From the sequence record SRR33789315_114: 40,833 nt of DNA, one strand, 5' to 3'. The notes under the pieces were generated by a model. It was not told the DNA's origin. It saw only the letters and a program-made list of their open reading frames with translations, and made no database searches. Both the position numbers and the translations under genes were made by a program. This document shows positions 30,090-38,613 of this stretch, piece after piece; positions within the stretch are counted from its first letter, which is position 1, and every line of letters starts with the position of its first letter.

Positions 30090-33000
30090 ATGAAAAAAGC
30101 CGATACATTTGATAATACTTCAGCAAATCTTGCCGATTTGTCTTCTCAGCTTAAGCAACGAGAGGCTGAGATTTCGCTAATTAAAAGCGTTCAGGAAGCG
30201 ATGGCTGCAGCGGTAGATATGCAAGGGATTTATGATTTAGTCGGTAATGAAATCAGAGATCTTTTTGATGCACAAGTAGTAGGGATTTATACTCTTGACG
30301 GCGATAAAAAAATGGAATACTTTCACTACCTCTATGAAGATGGCGAACGTATTTTTCCGGCACCCAGACCCTTAGACAAAATCCGCAAATTATTACTAGA
30401 GACCAAAGCGTTAATTCTTATCGATGAGAACCTTACTCAAAAAGTAGCCGAGATAACAGGAATTCCTGCTCAAGCAGTTCCTGGCACCAGAATACCTAAA
30501 TCGCTGCTGTTTGTTCCTATGCTAGTTAGAGGAAATATAAAAGGATATGTGAGTATTCAAAATCTGGATAAGGAACACGCCTTTAAACCTTCAGATATAC
30601 AGCTTTTAAGCACCCTTGCCAATACCTTGAGTAGTGCTCTTGAAAATGCACGCCTTTTTAATGAGACCGAACAGCGCAATGCAGAGCTCGCTGTAATTAA
30701 CAGCATACAAGGAGGTCTGGCTGCAGAGATGGATATTCAGGGGATTTATAATCTGGTGGGTGATAAAATACGCGATCTTTTTGATTCTCAGGTTACCGCA
30801 CTAAGTTCTTTTGATAAAGAAACCGGGATAGAACATTTTCATTACCTCTTTGAAGATGGAGAACGACTATATCCTGACTCGAGACCCTTAAACCCAATCC
30901 GAAAATGGATTATTAAGAATTCAACCTTATTACTGGTCAGTGAAGATGCAGATAATATCATATTTAAAATAACAGGAGAAGAACATGTGGCTGTTCCAGG
31001 AACCCGCCTTCCTAAATCAATGTTATTTGTACCGCTAAAATTAAGCGACGAAGTAAAAGGCTGTGTAAGTCTTCAAAATCTGGATAAAGAAAATGCTTTT
31101 AGCGAGTCAGATGTACAGCTTTTAAGCACCATCTCAAACAGTATGAGCGTAGCACTCGAAAATGCAAGACTGTTTAATGAGACCGAGCAACGCAATGCAG
31201 AACTGGCGGTAATCAATAGCGTGCAACAGGGGTTGGTAGCAGAAATGGATTTGCAAGGCATCTATGATCTGGTAGGCGATAAAATACGCATGCTATTTGA
31301 TGCCCAAGTTGCAGCAATAGGTATTTTCAACTTTGAAAATCAAACTGAAGAATTCAAGTATCTCTTTGAAGCCGGGGAACGCATGACTGCAAAACCGCGT
31401 CCCTATGATGGGATTAGGCAACGGTTGATAAGTACAAAAAAACTCATCAATATCGAGGATAATGCAGAAGAAGCCTTTACCACAATTACTGGTAAATCTC
31501 CAAATGCGGTTCCGGGAACGCAATTTCCTAAATCTATGGTTTTTGTCCCGCTCCTGCTAGGTGAGCAAGTAAAAGGCTATGTATCTCTTCAAAATCTGGA
31601 TAAAGAATATGCATTTAGCCCATCTGATGTTCGGCTTTTAAATACCCTTGCAAACAGTATGAGTGTGGCTCTAGAGAATGCTCGACTCTTTAATGAAACC
31701 GAGCAACGCAATGCAGAACTCGCCGTAATTAATAGTGTGCAGCAAGGATTAGTTGCAGAGATGGATATGCAGGGAATCTATAATCTGGTAGGGGATAGAA
31801 TCCGAAAGCTTTTTGACGCCCAAGTAACCGCTGTCGCCACCTTTAATTATGAAAACAATACCGAAGAGTTTCATTACATTTTTGAAGACGGGAAACATTT
31901 TAACTTAGACCCGCGTCCTATTGACAAATTCAGACAACATATAATTAATACCCAAGAAGTTATTTGTATTAATGAAAATATAGATGAGGTCTGGACACAA
32001 CTTACCGGTGAAAATCCTACTGTTATACCTGGAACGCAGTTTACAAAATCTGCCCTGTATGTACCTATGATGGTAGGTAAAGAAGTACGCGGCTATGTAA
32101 GTCTTCAAAATGTAGATAAAGAAAATGCCTTTCCAGAGTCTGATATTCGCTTGTTAAGCACGTTAGCAAACAGCATGACTGTTGCGCTGGAAAACGCACG
32201 CCTTTTTAATGAAACCGAACAGCGCAATGCAGAACTCGCTGTGATAAACAGTGTGCAAGAAGGTTTAGTTTCAGAAATGGATGTACAAGGCATTTATAAC
32301 TTGGTAGGCGACCGGTTACGAGATCTATTTGACGCACAAGCGGTGGTCATCGCCACCCTATTTCCGAAGGAAAAAAAAGAAGAATTTAATTATATCTACG
32401 AAAGCGGTGCCCGACATTATCCAGAAGCCCGAAGCTATAATAAAATACGCCAAAAATTAATAGACACCAGAGAAGTGATCTGCATCAATAAAGATGCTTC
32501 CAAATCGGCTAAAGTAGTACCGGGAACTAAGGAACCTAAATCGATGCTCTTTGTCCCGTTAATCATTTCAGATGTGGTAGAAGGCTACATCAGCCTGCAA
32601 AATATAGACCGTGAAAATGCCTTTAGCGATTCAGATATTCGGTTTTTAAGCACGCTAGCTAATAGTATGACCGTAACGCTGGAAAATACCCGGCTTTTTA
32701 ATGAAACGAAGCGTTTACTCGCCGAGACTGAACAATGGGCGACAGAGATGCAAACTGTTAATCATATAAGCCGCGCCCTGGTTGCTCAGCTTGAATTTGA
32801 TACGTTAATAAATCTCGTGGGCGAACAGATGAAAGATACCTTTAAGGCAGATATCGTTTATCTCGCCATTCACGACCAAGAAAATGGGATGCTGCACTTT
32901 CCCTATACTTATGGGGATTATGCCGCATCAAGACCTTTTGGTAATGGCATCACAGAAAAAATTATCACAACCCAAGAGCCGTTATTAATCAATCAAAATC

Positions 33001-34031
33001 TAGATAAAGCCTATGAAAGGCTTAAGGCCGAAAAAAAGGGTAAAACAGTGGAGTCTTACTTGGGAGTTCCCATTCTTTCCGGGAAAAAATCCATAGGCGT
33101 TCTTAGTGTTCAAAGTACGGAGCAAGAAAATAGATTTAATGAAAATGACTTACGCTTGCTTACTACTATTGCAGCTAACTTAGGTATTGCCATTCAAAAT
33201 GCCGAAGCTTATAGAAAACTACAGGCCGCCTTAATTGACCTTAGAGCTGCACAAGAACAACTCGTACAACAAGAAAAACTGGCCTCTCTAGGACAACTCG
33301 CCGCAGGAATAGCACACGAAATTAAAAACCCATTGAATTTTGTAAATAATTTTTCTGAATTAAATATTGAGCTCATCGATGAGATTGTTGAAGAGCTTGC
33401 ACAACTCGAAAAAAATGACACCATAGCAGGTGTGTACGAGATCCTAACAGATGTACGTACTAATCTTAAGAAAATACACCAACACGGTACACGCGCAGAT
33501 AGTATCGTGAAGTCTATGCTACAACATAGCCGGGGCGGGAGCGGAATAATAGAACCTACAGATCTTAATGAACTGATTAAGGAATATGTAAATCTGGCTT
33601 TTCACGGGATGCGTGCCGGTAAAAAAGTAATGAATGTCTCGATAGACCTGCAGCTGGATGAAAAATTAGGGCTGGTTCCCATAATAGGGGAAGATTTTAG
33701 TCGGGTAATTCTTAATTTATGCAATAATGCTTTTGACGCGATGTGGGAGAAGATGCGTAGTGTAGCAGATTACAGTCCCAAGTTAACCGTACGTACTTTT
33801 AAAGACAAAAACTACCATATAGAAGTGACGGACAACGGTCCCGGAATTCCTAAAGAATATGCAGACAAGGTCTTACAACCCTTTTTCACTACTAAAAAAG
33901 GAACCGATGGCACTGGACTAGGTCTCTCTATTACTAATGATATCATTAAAGCGCACAGGGGCGAATTAGCTATTGATACGCAAAGCGGAAAGGACTCCTA
34001 TACCAAATTTAAAATTGAACTACCTAAATAA
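30090..34031 (+). CDS. Cytoplasmic histidine kinase with six tandem GAF domains
   Basis: Units start at 30156, 30672, 31188, 31704 and 32220 (516-nt period), plus a divergent one at 32733. They carry PKSMLFVP / SLQNLDKE.AF...D / ALENARLF motifs. H-box GQLAAGIAHEIKNPLNF, DNGPGI and FFTTKKGTDGTGLGL; no TM segment. Confidence 0.93.
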   Translation: MKKADTFDNTSANLADLSSQLKQREAEISLIKSVQEAMAAAVDMQGIYDLVGNEIRDLFDAQVVGIYTLDGDKKMEYFHYLYEDGERIFPAPRPLDKIRKLLLETKALILIDENLTQKVAEITGIPAQAVPGTRIPKSLLFVPMLVRGNIKGYVSIQNLDKEHAFKPSDIQLLSTLANTLSSALENARLFNETEQRNAELAVINSIQGGLAAEMDIQGIYNLVGDKIRDLFDSQVTALSSFDKETGIEHFHYLFEDGERLYPDSRPLNPIRKWIIKNSTLLLVSEDADNIIFKITGEEHVAVPGTRLPKSMLFVPLKLSDEVKGCVSLQNLDKENAFSESDVQLLSTISNSMSVALENARLFNETEQRNAELAVINSVQQGLVAEMDLQGIYDLVGDKIRMLFDAQVAAIGIFNFENQTEEFKYLFEAGERMTAKPRPYDGIRQRLISTKKLINIEDNAEEAFTTITGKSPNAVPGTQFPKSMVFVPLLLGEQVKGYVSLQNLDKEYAFSPSDVRLLNTLANSMSVALENARLFNETEQRNAELAVINSVQQGLVAEMDMQGIYNLVGDRIRKLFDAQVTAVATFNYENNTEEFHYIFEDGKHFNLDPRPIDKFRQHIINTQEVICINENIDEVWTQLTGENPTVIPGTQFTKSALYVPMMVGKEVRGYVSLQNVDKENAFPESDIRLLSTLANSMTVALENARLFNETEQRNAELAVINSVQEGLVSEMDVQGIYNLVGDRLRDLFDAQAVVIATLFPKEKKEEFNYIYESGARHYPEARSYNKIRQKLIDTREVICINKDASKSAKVVPGTKEPKSMLFVPLIISDVVEGYISLQNIDRENAFSDSDIRFLSTLANSMTVTLENTRLFNETKRLLAETEQWATEMQTVNHISRALVAQLEFDTLINLVGEQMKDTFKADIVYLAIHDQENGMLHFPYTYGDYAASRPFGNGITEKIITTQEPLLINQNLDKAYERLKAEKKGKTVESYLGVPILSGKKSIGVLSVQSTEQENRFNENDLRLLTTIAANLGIAIQNAEAYRKLQAALIDLRAAQEQLVQQEKLASLGQLAAGIAHEIKNPLNFVNNFSELNIELIDEIVEELAQLEKNDTIAGVYEILTDVRTNLKKIHQHGTRADSIVKSMLQHSRGGSGIIEPTDLNELIKEYVNLAFHGMRAGKKVMNVSIDLQLDEKLGLVPIIGEDFSRVILNLCNNAFDAMWEKMRSVADYSPKLTVRTFKDKNYHIEVTDNGPGIPKEYADKVLQPFFTTKKGTDGTGLGLSITNDIIKAHRGELAIDTQSGKDSYTKFKIELPK

Positions 34032-34046
34032 TTTAAAATAGATAAA

Positions 34047-34421
34047 ATGAAAATATTAATTGTAGATGATGAAAAAGATGTAGAAACACTCTTCCGCCAG
34101 AAGTTTAGAAAAGAAATAAAAAACAAAGAACTACACCTGAATTTTGCCTTTTCTGGGAGTGAAGCCTTAGAAATCTTAAATAAGAGAAACCCGCCAGAGG
34201 TAGTGTATGTTTTTTCAGACATCAATATGCCCGGAATGACAGGCTTAGAATTATTAGAAAAAATAAAAGCCCAATACCCTAAAATAATTGTGAGTATGAT
34301 TTCTGCGTATGGAGATAGCGAAAACTATAACATCGCGATTAATTCTGGAGCTAAACAATTTTTTACAAAACCTATTGATTTTGAATCACTTAAAAAAGAA
34401 ATCAAGCAGTTACAGAATTAA
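34047..34421 (+). CDS. Single-domain response regulator (receiver only)
   Basis: ILIVDDE, SDINMPGMTG (phospho-Asp), ISAY and TKPI. Confidence 0.93.
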   Translation: MKILIVDDEKDVETLFRQKFRKEIKNKELHLNFAFSGSEALEILNKRNPPEVVYVFSDINMPGMTGLELLEKIKAQYPKIIVSMISAYGDSENYNIAINSGAKQFFTKPIDFESLKKEIKQLQN

Positions 34422-34451
34422 TAGATTACAACTAAATTAAAATTATTAAGG

Positions 34452-35492
34452 ATGGTTAAAATACTGGTAGTTGACGACGAAATAGATTTAGAAACGCTTA
34501 TAAAACAGAAATTTAGAAAACAAATCCGTGAAAAGGAATATGAATTTGTATTTGCTATAAATGGCGTAGATGCGTTAGAAAAACTTCAAGTAGAGCCCGA
34601 TGTAGATATCGTATTAAGCGATATCAATATGCCCGAAATGGATGGCCTCACCCTCTTGAGCAAAATCAGTGAACAGAAACCCTTACTTAAAGCGGTTATT
34701 GTTTCGGCTTATGGCGATATGGAAAACATTAGAACAGCTATGAATCGCGGTGCTTTTGATTTTATTACCAAACCCATCAACTTTGAAGATCTCATCATCA
34801 CGATCAAAAAAACCATTACATACAGTAACCAAATAAAAGAAACCCTTCAAGCCATAAAAGAAAACAATATCCTTAAAATGTATGTAGATGCCAATGTATT
34901 AAACTTTATGGCTAGCCGAGAATTTGAATCTACCTTACTGGCTAATGAAACTATTGAGGCTACTGTTATGTTTATCGATTTATGCGGGTTTACTAAAATT
35001 AGTGAAACGGCTCCCGCAGATACCGTGGTAAATATGATAAATACCTACTTTGATGTTATGGTCAAAGAAATCATGGAGCAAAAAGGATTTATCGATAAAT
35101 TTATTGGCGACGCTATTATGGCTGTATTTAGAGGAGAATATCATCTAGATCGCGCTATAGATGCTGCATTGGCCGTTAGAAACAAAATGAATAAACTTCC
35201 TAAAATGAAGGATTTAGGAGATTTTGAACCCAAGGTATCTATAGGAATAAAAAGTGGCGAGATGATTTCAGGAAATATAGGCTCAGCCAGTTTAAAAAGA
35301 TTGGATTATACCGTAATTGGGGACACCGTAAATACTGCGGCTCGTATGCAGGATGCCGCACAGGCAAATCAGATTGTAATTTCTGATGCATGTTTTCAAA
35401 AAGTAAAAGAATCTTTTCGCTGCCAAGAATTGGGTAGCATTACTGTAAAAAATAAGGTAAATCCCCTTCGGATTTATGAAGTAATGGAATAA
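34452..35492 (+). CDS. Response regulator fused to a class III adenylate/guanylate cyclase domain
   Basis: Receiver motifs [15 protein letters not shown] and TKPI, then cyclase motifs [34 protein letters not shown] and [16 protein letters not shown]. Confidence 0.93.
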   Translation: MVKILVVDDEIDLETLIKQKFRKQIREKEYEFVFAINGVDALEKLQVEPDVDIVLSDINMPEMDGLTLLSKISEQKPLLKAVIVSAYGDMENIRTAMNRGAFDFITKPINFEDLIITIKKTITYSNQIKETLQAIKENNILKMYVDANVLNFMASREFESTLLANETIEATVMFIDLCGFTKISETAPADTVVNMINTYFDVMVKEIMEQKGFIDKFIGDAIMAVFRGEYHLDRAIDAALAVRNKMNKLPKMKDLGDFEPKVSIGIKSGEMISGNIGSASLKRLDYTVIGDTVNTAARMQDAAQANQIVISDACFQKVKESFRCQELGSITVKNKVNPLRIYEVME

Positions 35493-35530
35493 TTGCAAGC
35501 CGAAGCCAGTTTACTAATAATACTTAAACG

Positions 35531-36103
35531 ATGGAAGAAAAAGAAATCTCACAAGAAATCCCTTTATCACCACATACTAAAAACAAACATACAGATGATC
35601 TTGTTGACCACTATTGGGGCAGCATTAATTATGTGACCAGCCTTATAAAAGCTTCAGAATTAAAAGCAGGTCTAATTTTATCCTTCTATGGGATTTTATT
35701 GAATTTCATCTACCAAAGCGTTTCCATGATCGTGACGGAGTTTCCTAATGAAATTTTCCTCTTCATACTGTTGGGATTGTGGTTTTGCTGTACGGTGGTA
35801 TCTATTTTCTTTAGTATACGTTGTTTTATTCCTAGGATAGAAGGAAAATTTGATAAAAACATTTTTTTCTTCAGAGATGTCATTACCAAATTTGGTAGTG
35901 TGAATGAATTTTCAAAAACGTTTTACAGAATAAGCGTTGATGAAGATCAATTGTTTGATCAATTAGGTCAACAGATTTATGTTATCTCTAAGATTGCAAC
36001 CCTAAAATTTCAGAACGTAAACTTCTCCCTACGCTTTTTAGCATTGGGTCTTATGCTTTTGCTTGTAGTAGTAGGATATTATCTTGTCGTTACATTAACT
36101 TAA
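35531..36103 (+). CDS. Pycsar-effector-like (PycTM/DUF5706-type) three-TM membrane protein
   Basis: LIKASELKAGLIL (cf. ADxKA) then TM1-TM2, IPRI, NIFFFRDV, QIYVISKIATLKF and a C-terminal TM; 38 nt downstream of the cyclase. Confidence 0.75.
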   Translation: MEEKEISQEIPLSPHTKNKHTDDLVDHYWGSINYVTSLIKASELKAGLILSFYGILLNFIYQSVSMIVTEFPNEIFLFILLGLWFCCTVVSIFFSIRCFIPRIEGKFDKNIFFFRDVITKFGSVNEFSKTFYRISVDEDQLFDQLGQQIYVISKIATLKFQNVNFSLRFLALGLMLLLVVVGYYLVVTLT

Positions 36104-36660
36104 AAGAGACAATTAATATAACTTTTTTGTTTATTTAATAGTGTTCCCCAATCACTATACTTGCTTACGGTGCTTTTTTATCTATTCAATTAAATAGACC
36201 TTATTTGGGATGAGTTATTATTGTAATAATATTCAAACCACACTTCACAATCCTCTCGTATACTTTAAAGAAATCTCCTTAGTTAATATAAAAAATAACT
36301 ATAAAAGGTAATAACAATATATTGAGGCAAAAAAAGTATCATAAAATGTAAAATACATTTTACCCTATTCAATTATGAATTATTACACTTTAATAGAAAA
36401 GCTAATCTATTTAAGCTTCTATAGTGAATTTTTACAGAACACTTAAAAGTATTGTCAACCTGCCAGCTCCTAAAAACAAAGCTTCTCAAGTACTTGGTTT
36501 TTCTTTGCTAGGAATTTGGGTTTTGTTATATTAAACAGCCTTTTATTTTTATAAATTACTGGTTATGTACGATTGGTTCGAAATTATAAGGTTGATTAAA
36601 TAATTAATTTTCTAAAATGATATAGAAAGATCAATATCTTAAAGATGTTTATTTATACTT

Positions 36661-36918
36661 ATGAAGTACTTCTTCCCATTGCGTGCATTATTACTAAGTA
36701 TCGAATCTTTTTCTCAAAAAAAAATAGAGGATGTATTTAAATACAAGGTCACCTATTCACAAGTAGTACTATTTAATAAAGACGATAGTACTTCTACAAC
36801 CTCAGAAGATATGTACTTGTTCATAGGAGATGAAACATCGTCGTTTTCGAGCGAAGGCATGGCTGTTAAACAGTCCTATAAAATCTCAGGTAATAGTGCC
36901 TATAGTACTGGCGGTTAA
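36661..36918 (+). pseudogene. N-terminal fragment of a GLPGLI-family protein
   Basis: Degraded signal peptide, YKVTY and EDMYLFIGDETSSFSS pattern; ends after 85 aa without the GLPGLI C-terminus. Confidence 0.5.
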
Positions 36919-37005
36919 AAAATTACAAACGCGAGCCACTAGAAGCGTTATGGCATAAAACCACTTGGATATAACAGACTTAGCTTTGGACATTTTTCTA
37001 CAAAT

Positions 37006-37041
37006 AATAAAAAGCGCTGTCTAAAGACAGTGCTTTTTATT
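37006..37041. terminator. Bidirectional intrinsic terminator downstream of the GH16 genes
   Basis: AATAAAAAGCGCTGTC-taaa-GACAGTGCTTTTTATT. Confidence 0.8.
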
Positions 37042-37096
37042 AAGGAAATTATGCTATCAACTATAAGATAATCGTGATATAATGTGTTTCACAAAA

Positions 37097-38560
37097 CTAC
37101 TTTTTAATAAACTTACTCACTAAAGATCCCTTATTTTCTTTAGTAATTTTGAAAAGATAAATACCACTGCTTAAATGGCTAATATTAATCTCTTCTATAT
37201 TATTAACAATCTGATCCTTGTTGTATACAACTTGCCCTTGGATGTTATAAATGATGATTTTTGCATCCTCAATATAATCATTTGGTAAAATAATATGCAA
37301 GACATCTTGAGCCGGATTTGGAAAGATATTGAAATTACAAGTATTTACATCTACCTCATTTTCTACTGCCAAAAGAGTTGAGCTACTAACAGAAACAAAT
37401 GACCAATCTTGGTTATAACCGCCATTATCGGTCCATTGAATATTATTGGCATTATTGGCTGTAGAAGCGCCACTAATATCAAGTAATAAACCACTATTGA
37501 CATTGATAATTTGATAGTAACCGTCGCCTTGATCAACTATATTCCATTTCTGGTTTGCGCCTCCATTACTGGGCCAGATTATATTATTAGCACCCGTACT
37601 AGTAGAAGCTCCATTTATATCAGCATATTTACCACTTGCAGAATGTATGATATTATATACACCAGTACTTACTTCATTAATCGTCCATCGAGATGCTGAA
37701 CTCCCATTTTGTTCATATTGAACGACTTGTGCTCCATTTACTGTAGAGGCATTAAGCGTATGAAGCGATTTTCCACTCTTCCTATTCACTATTTCATAAG
37801 TTCCAGTAAAGGTTCCTCCTCCATTTTGGGGTACAGGCTGATACCAACGGTAGTAATCAATATTAAAATAATTAGAGAAACCAGAGCCATCGGTATCTGC
37901 ACAATCTGTACCATTGCTAAGTATGACATACATAGGACTGGAAGGAACCGTGCTTCCAGTATGTGTATATATTAAATTTCCATCGATATAGTATTTTAAT
38001 AAACCTTGAGACCACTCTAATCCATAGGTATGCCATCCTGTGTAATCCCCTCCTTCGGTATTAGAATACCAAGAACCGTCATAATAAGCTTGGGTCATGT
38101 AATTTTTAGGAGCACCTCTAAATTCTGCAATATCTATTTCTGGAGGCCATCCGTCCTGAAGCATCCAGAATGCTGGCCAAGCACCACGATTATTAGGGAA
38201 AGAGGCTCTTATCTCTATATAACCATAAGTACGCCATTGTTTGGTCCATGCCCATCCTGATGTATACGGGAAAGACGCTCCTGAGGGTGCAACAAAAGAT
38301 CCTGAACGAGAACGTAGAACTAAAGAACCAGAACCATTTAAATAGGTATCTGCAGGAGCTATCCATGTACAACTACTCTGATTTTCAGAATCCCAGGGCG
38401 TAGAACCATATCCCCACATCGTGGTATTGAGGTTGGTTCCATTAAAATTATCTTCTTCTACTAATTGCCATTGATAACCCGAAGGAGGGGAAGGAGTTTG
38501 AGCCCATGTATAGGAATTAAGAGCTAGAAAGAGCGTTAATAAAAGTTCATTTGTTTTCAT
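37097..38560 (-). CDS. Secreted GH16 glycoside hydrolase with ricin-type (CBM13-like) lectin and T9SS C-terminal domain
   Basis: Signal peptide, YGYIEIRA, WPAFWML and WPPEIDIAE catalytic motif; QxW ricin repeats (NQKW, NQDW); IFPNPAQD...LSSGIYL...KFIKK CTD. Confidence 0.92.
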   Translation of the reverse strand: MKTNELLLTLFLALNSYTWAQTPSPPSGYQWQLVEEDNFNGTNLNTTMWGYGSTPWDSENQSSCTWIAPADTYLNGSGSLVLRSRSGSFVAPSGASFPYTSGWAWTKQWRTYGYIEIRASFPNNRGAWPAFWMLQDGWPPEIDIAEFRGAPKNYMTQAYYDGSWYSNTEGGDYTGWHTYGLEWSQGLLKYYIDGNLIYTHTGSTVPSSPMYVILSNGTDCADTDGSGFSNYFNIDYYRWYQPVPQNGGGTFTGTYEIVNRKSGKSLHTLNASTVNGAQVVQYEQNGSSASRWTINEVSTGVYNIIHSASGKYADINGASTSTGANNIIWPSNGGANQKWNIVDQGDGYYQIINVNSGLLLDISGASTANNANNIQWTDNGGYNQDWSFVSVSSSTLLAVENEVDVNTCNFNIFPNPAQDVLHIILPNDYIEDAKIIIYNIQGQVVYNKDQIVNNIEEINISHLSSGIYLFKITKENKGSLVSKFIKK

Positions 38561-38613
38561 AATGATAAAATATTAGTTAATAATCCTTTTAAAATCTCTA
38601 AACCTGAATTAGC

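Noticed and set aside
29875-30093. 72-aa ORF between the two kinases
   Set aside because: No recognisable motif and it covers the probable promoter region of the GAF kinase. It cannot be supported as a gene, though a small membrane peptide is not excluded.
30156-32733. CRISPR array or DGR-type template/variable repeat suggested by the periodic repeats
   Set aside because: The repeats are in-frame 516-nt GAF-coding units diverged at synonymous sites; there are no spacers, cas genes or reverse transcriptase.
34452-36103. Canonical two-gene Pycsar system
   Set aside because: The cyclase is receiver-fused with adenylate-type specificity residues and is embedded in a kinase operon, so it is not called PycC.
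36104-36660. Long AT-rich intergenic stretch as possible sRNA or gene remnant
   Set aside because: No convincing ORF, repeat or stable structure was seen by eye.
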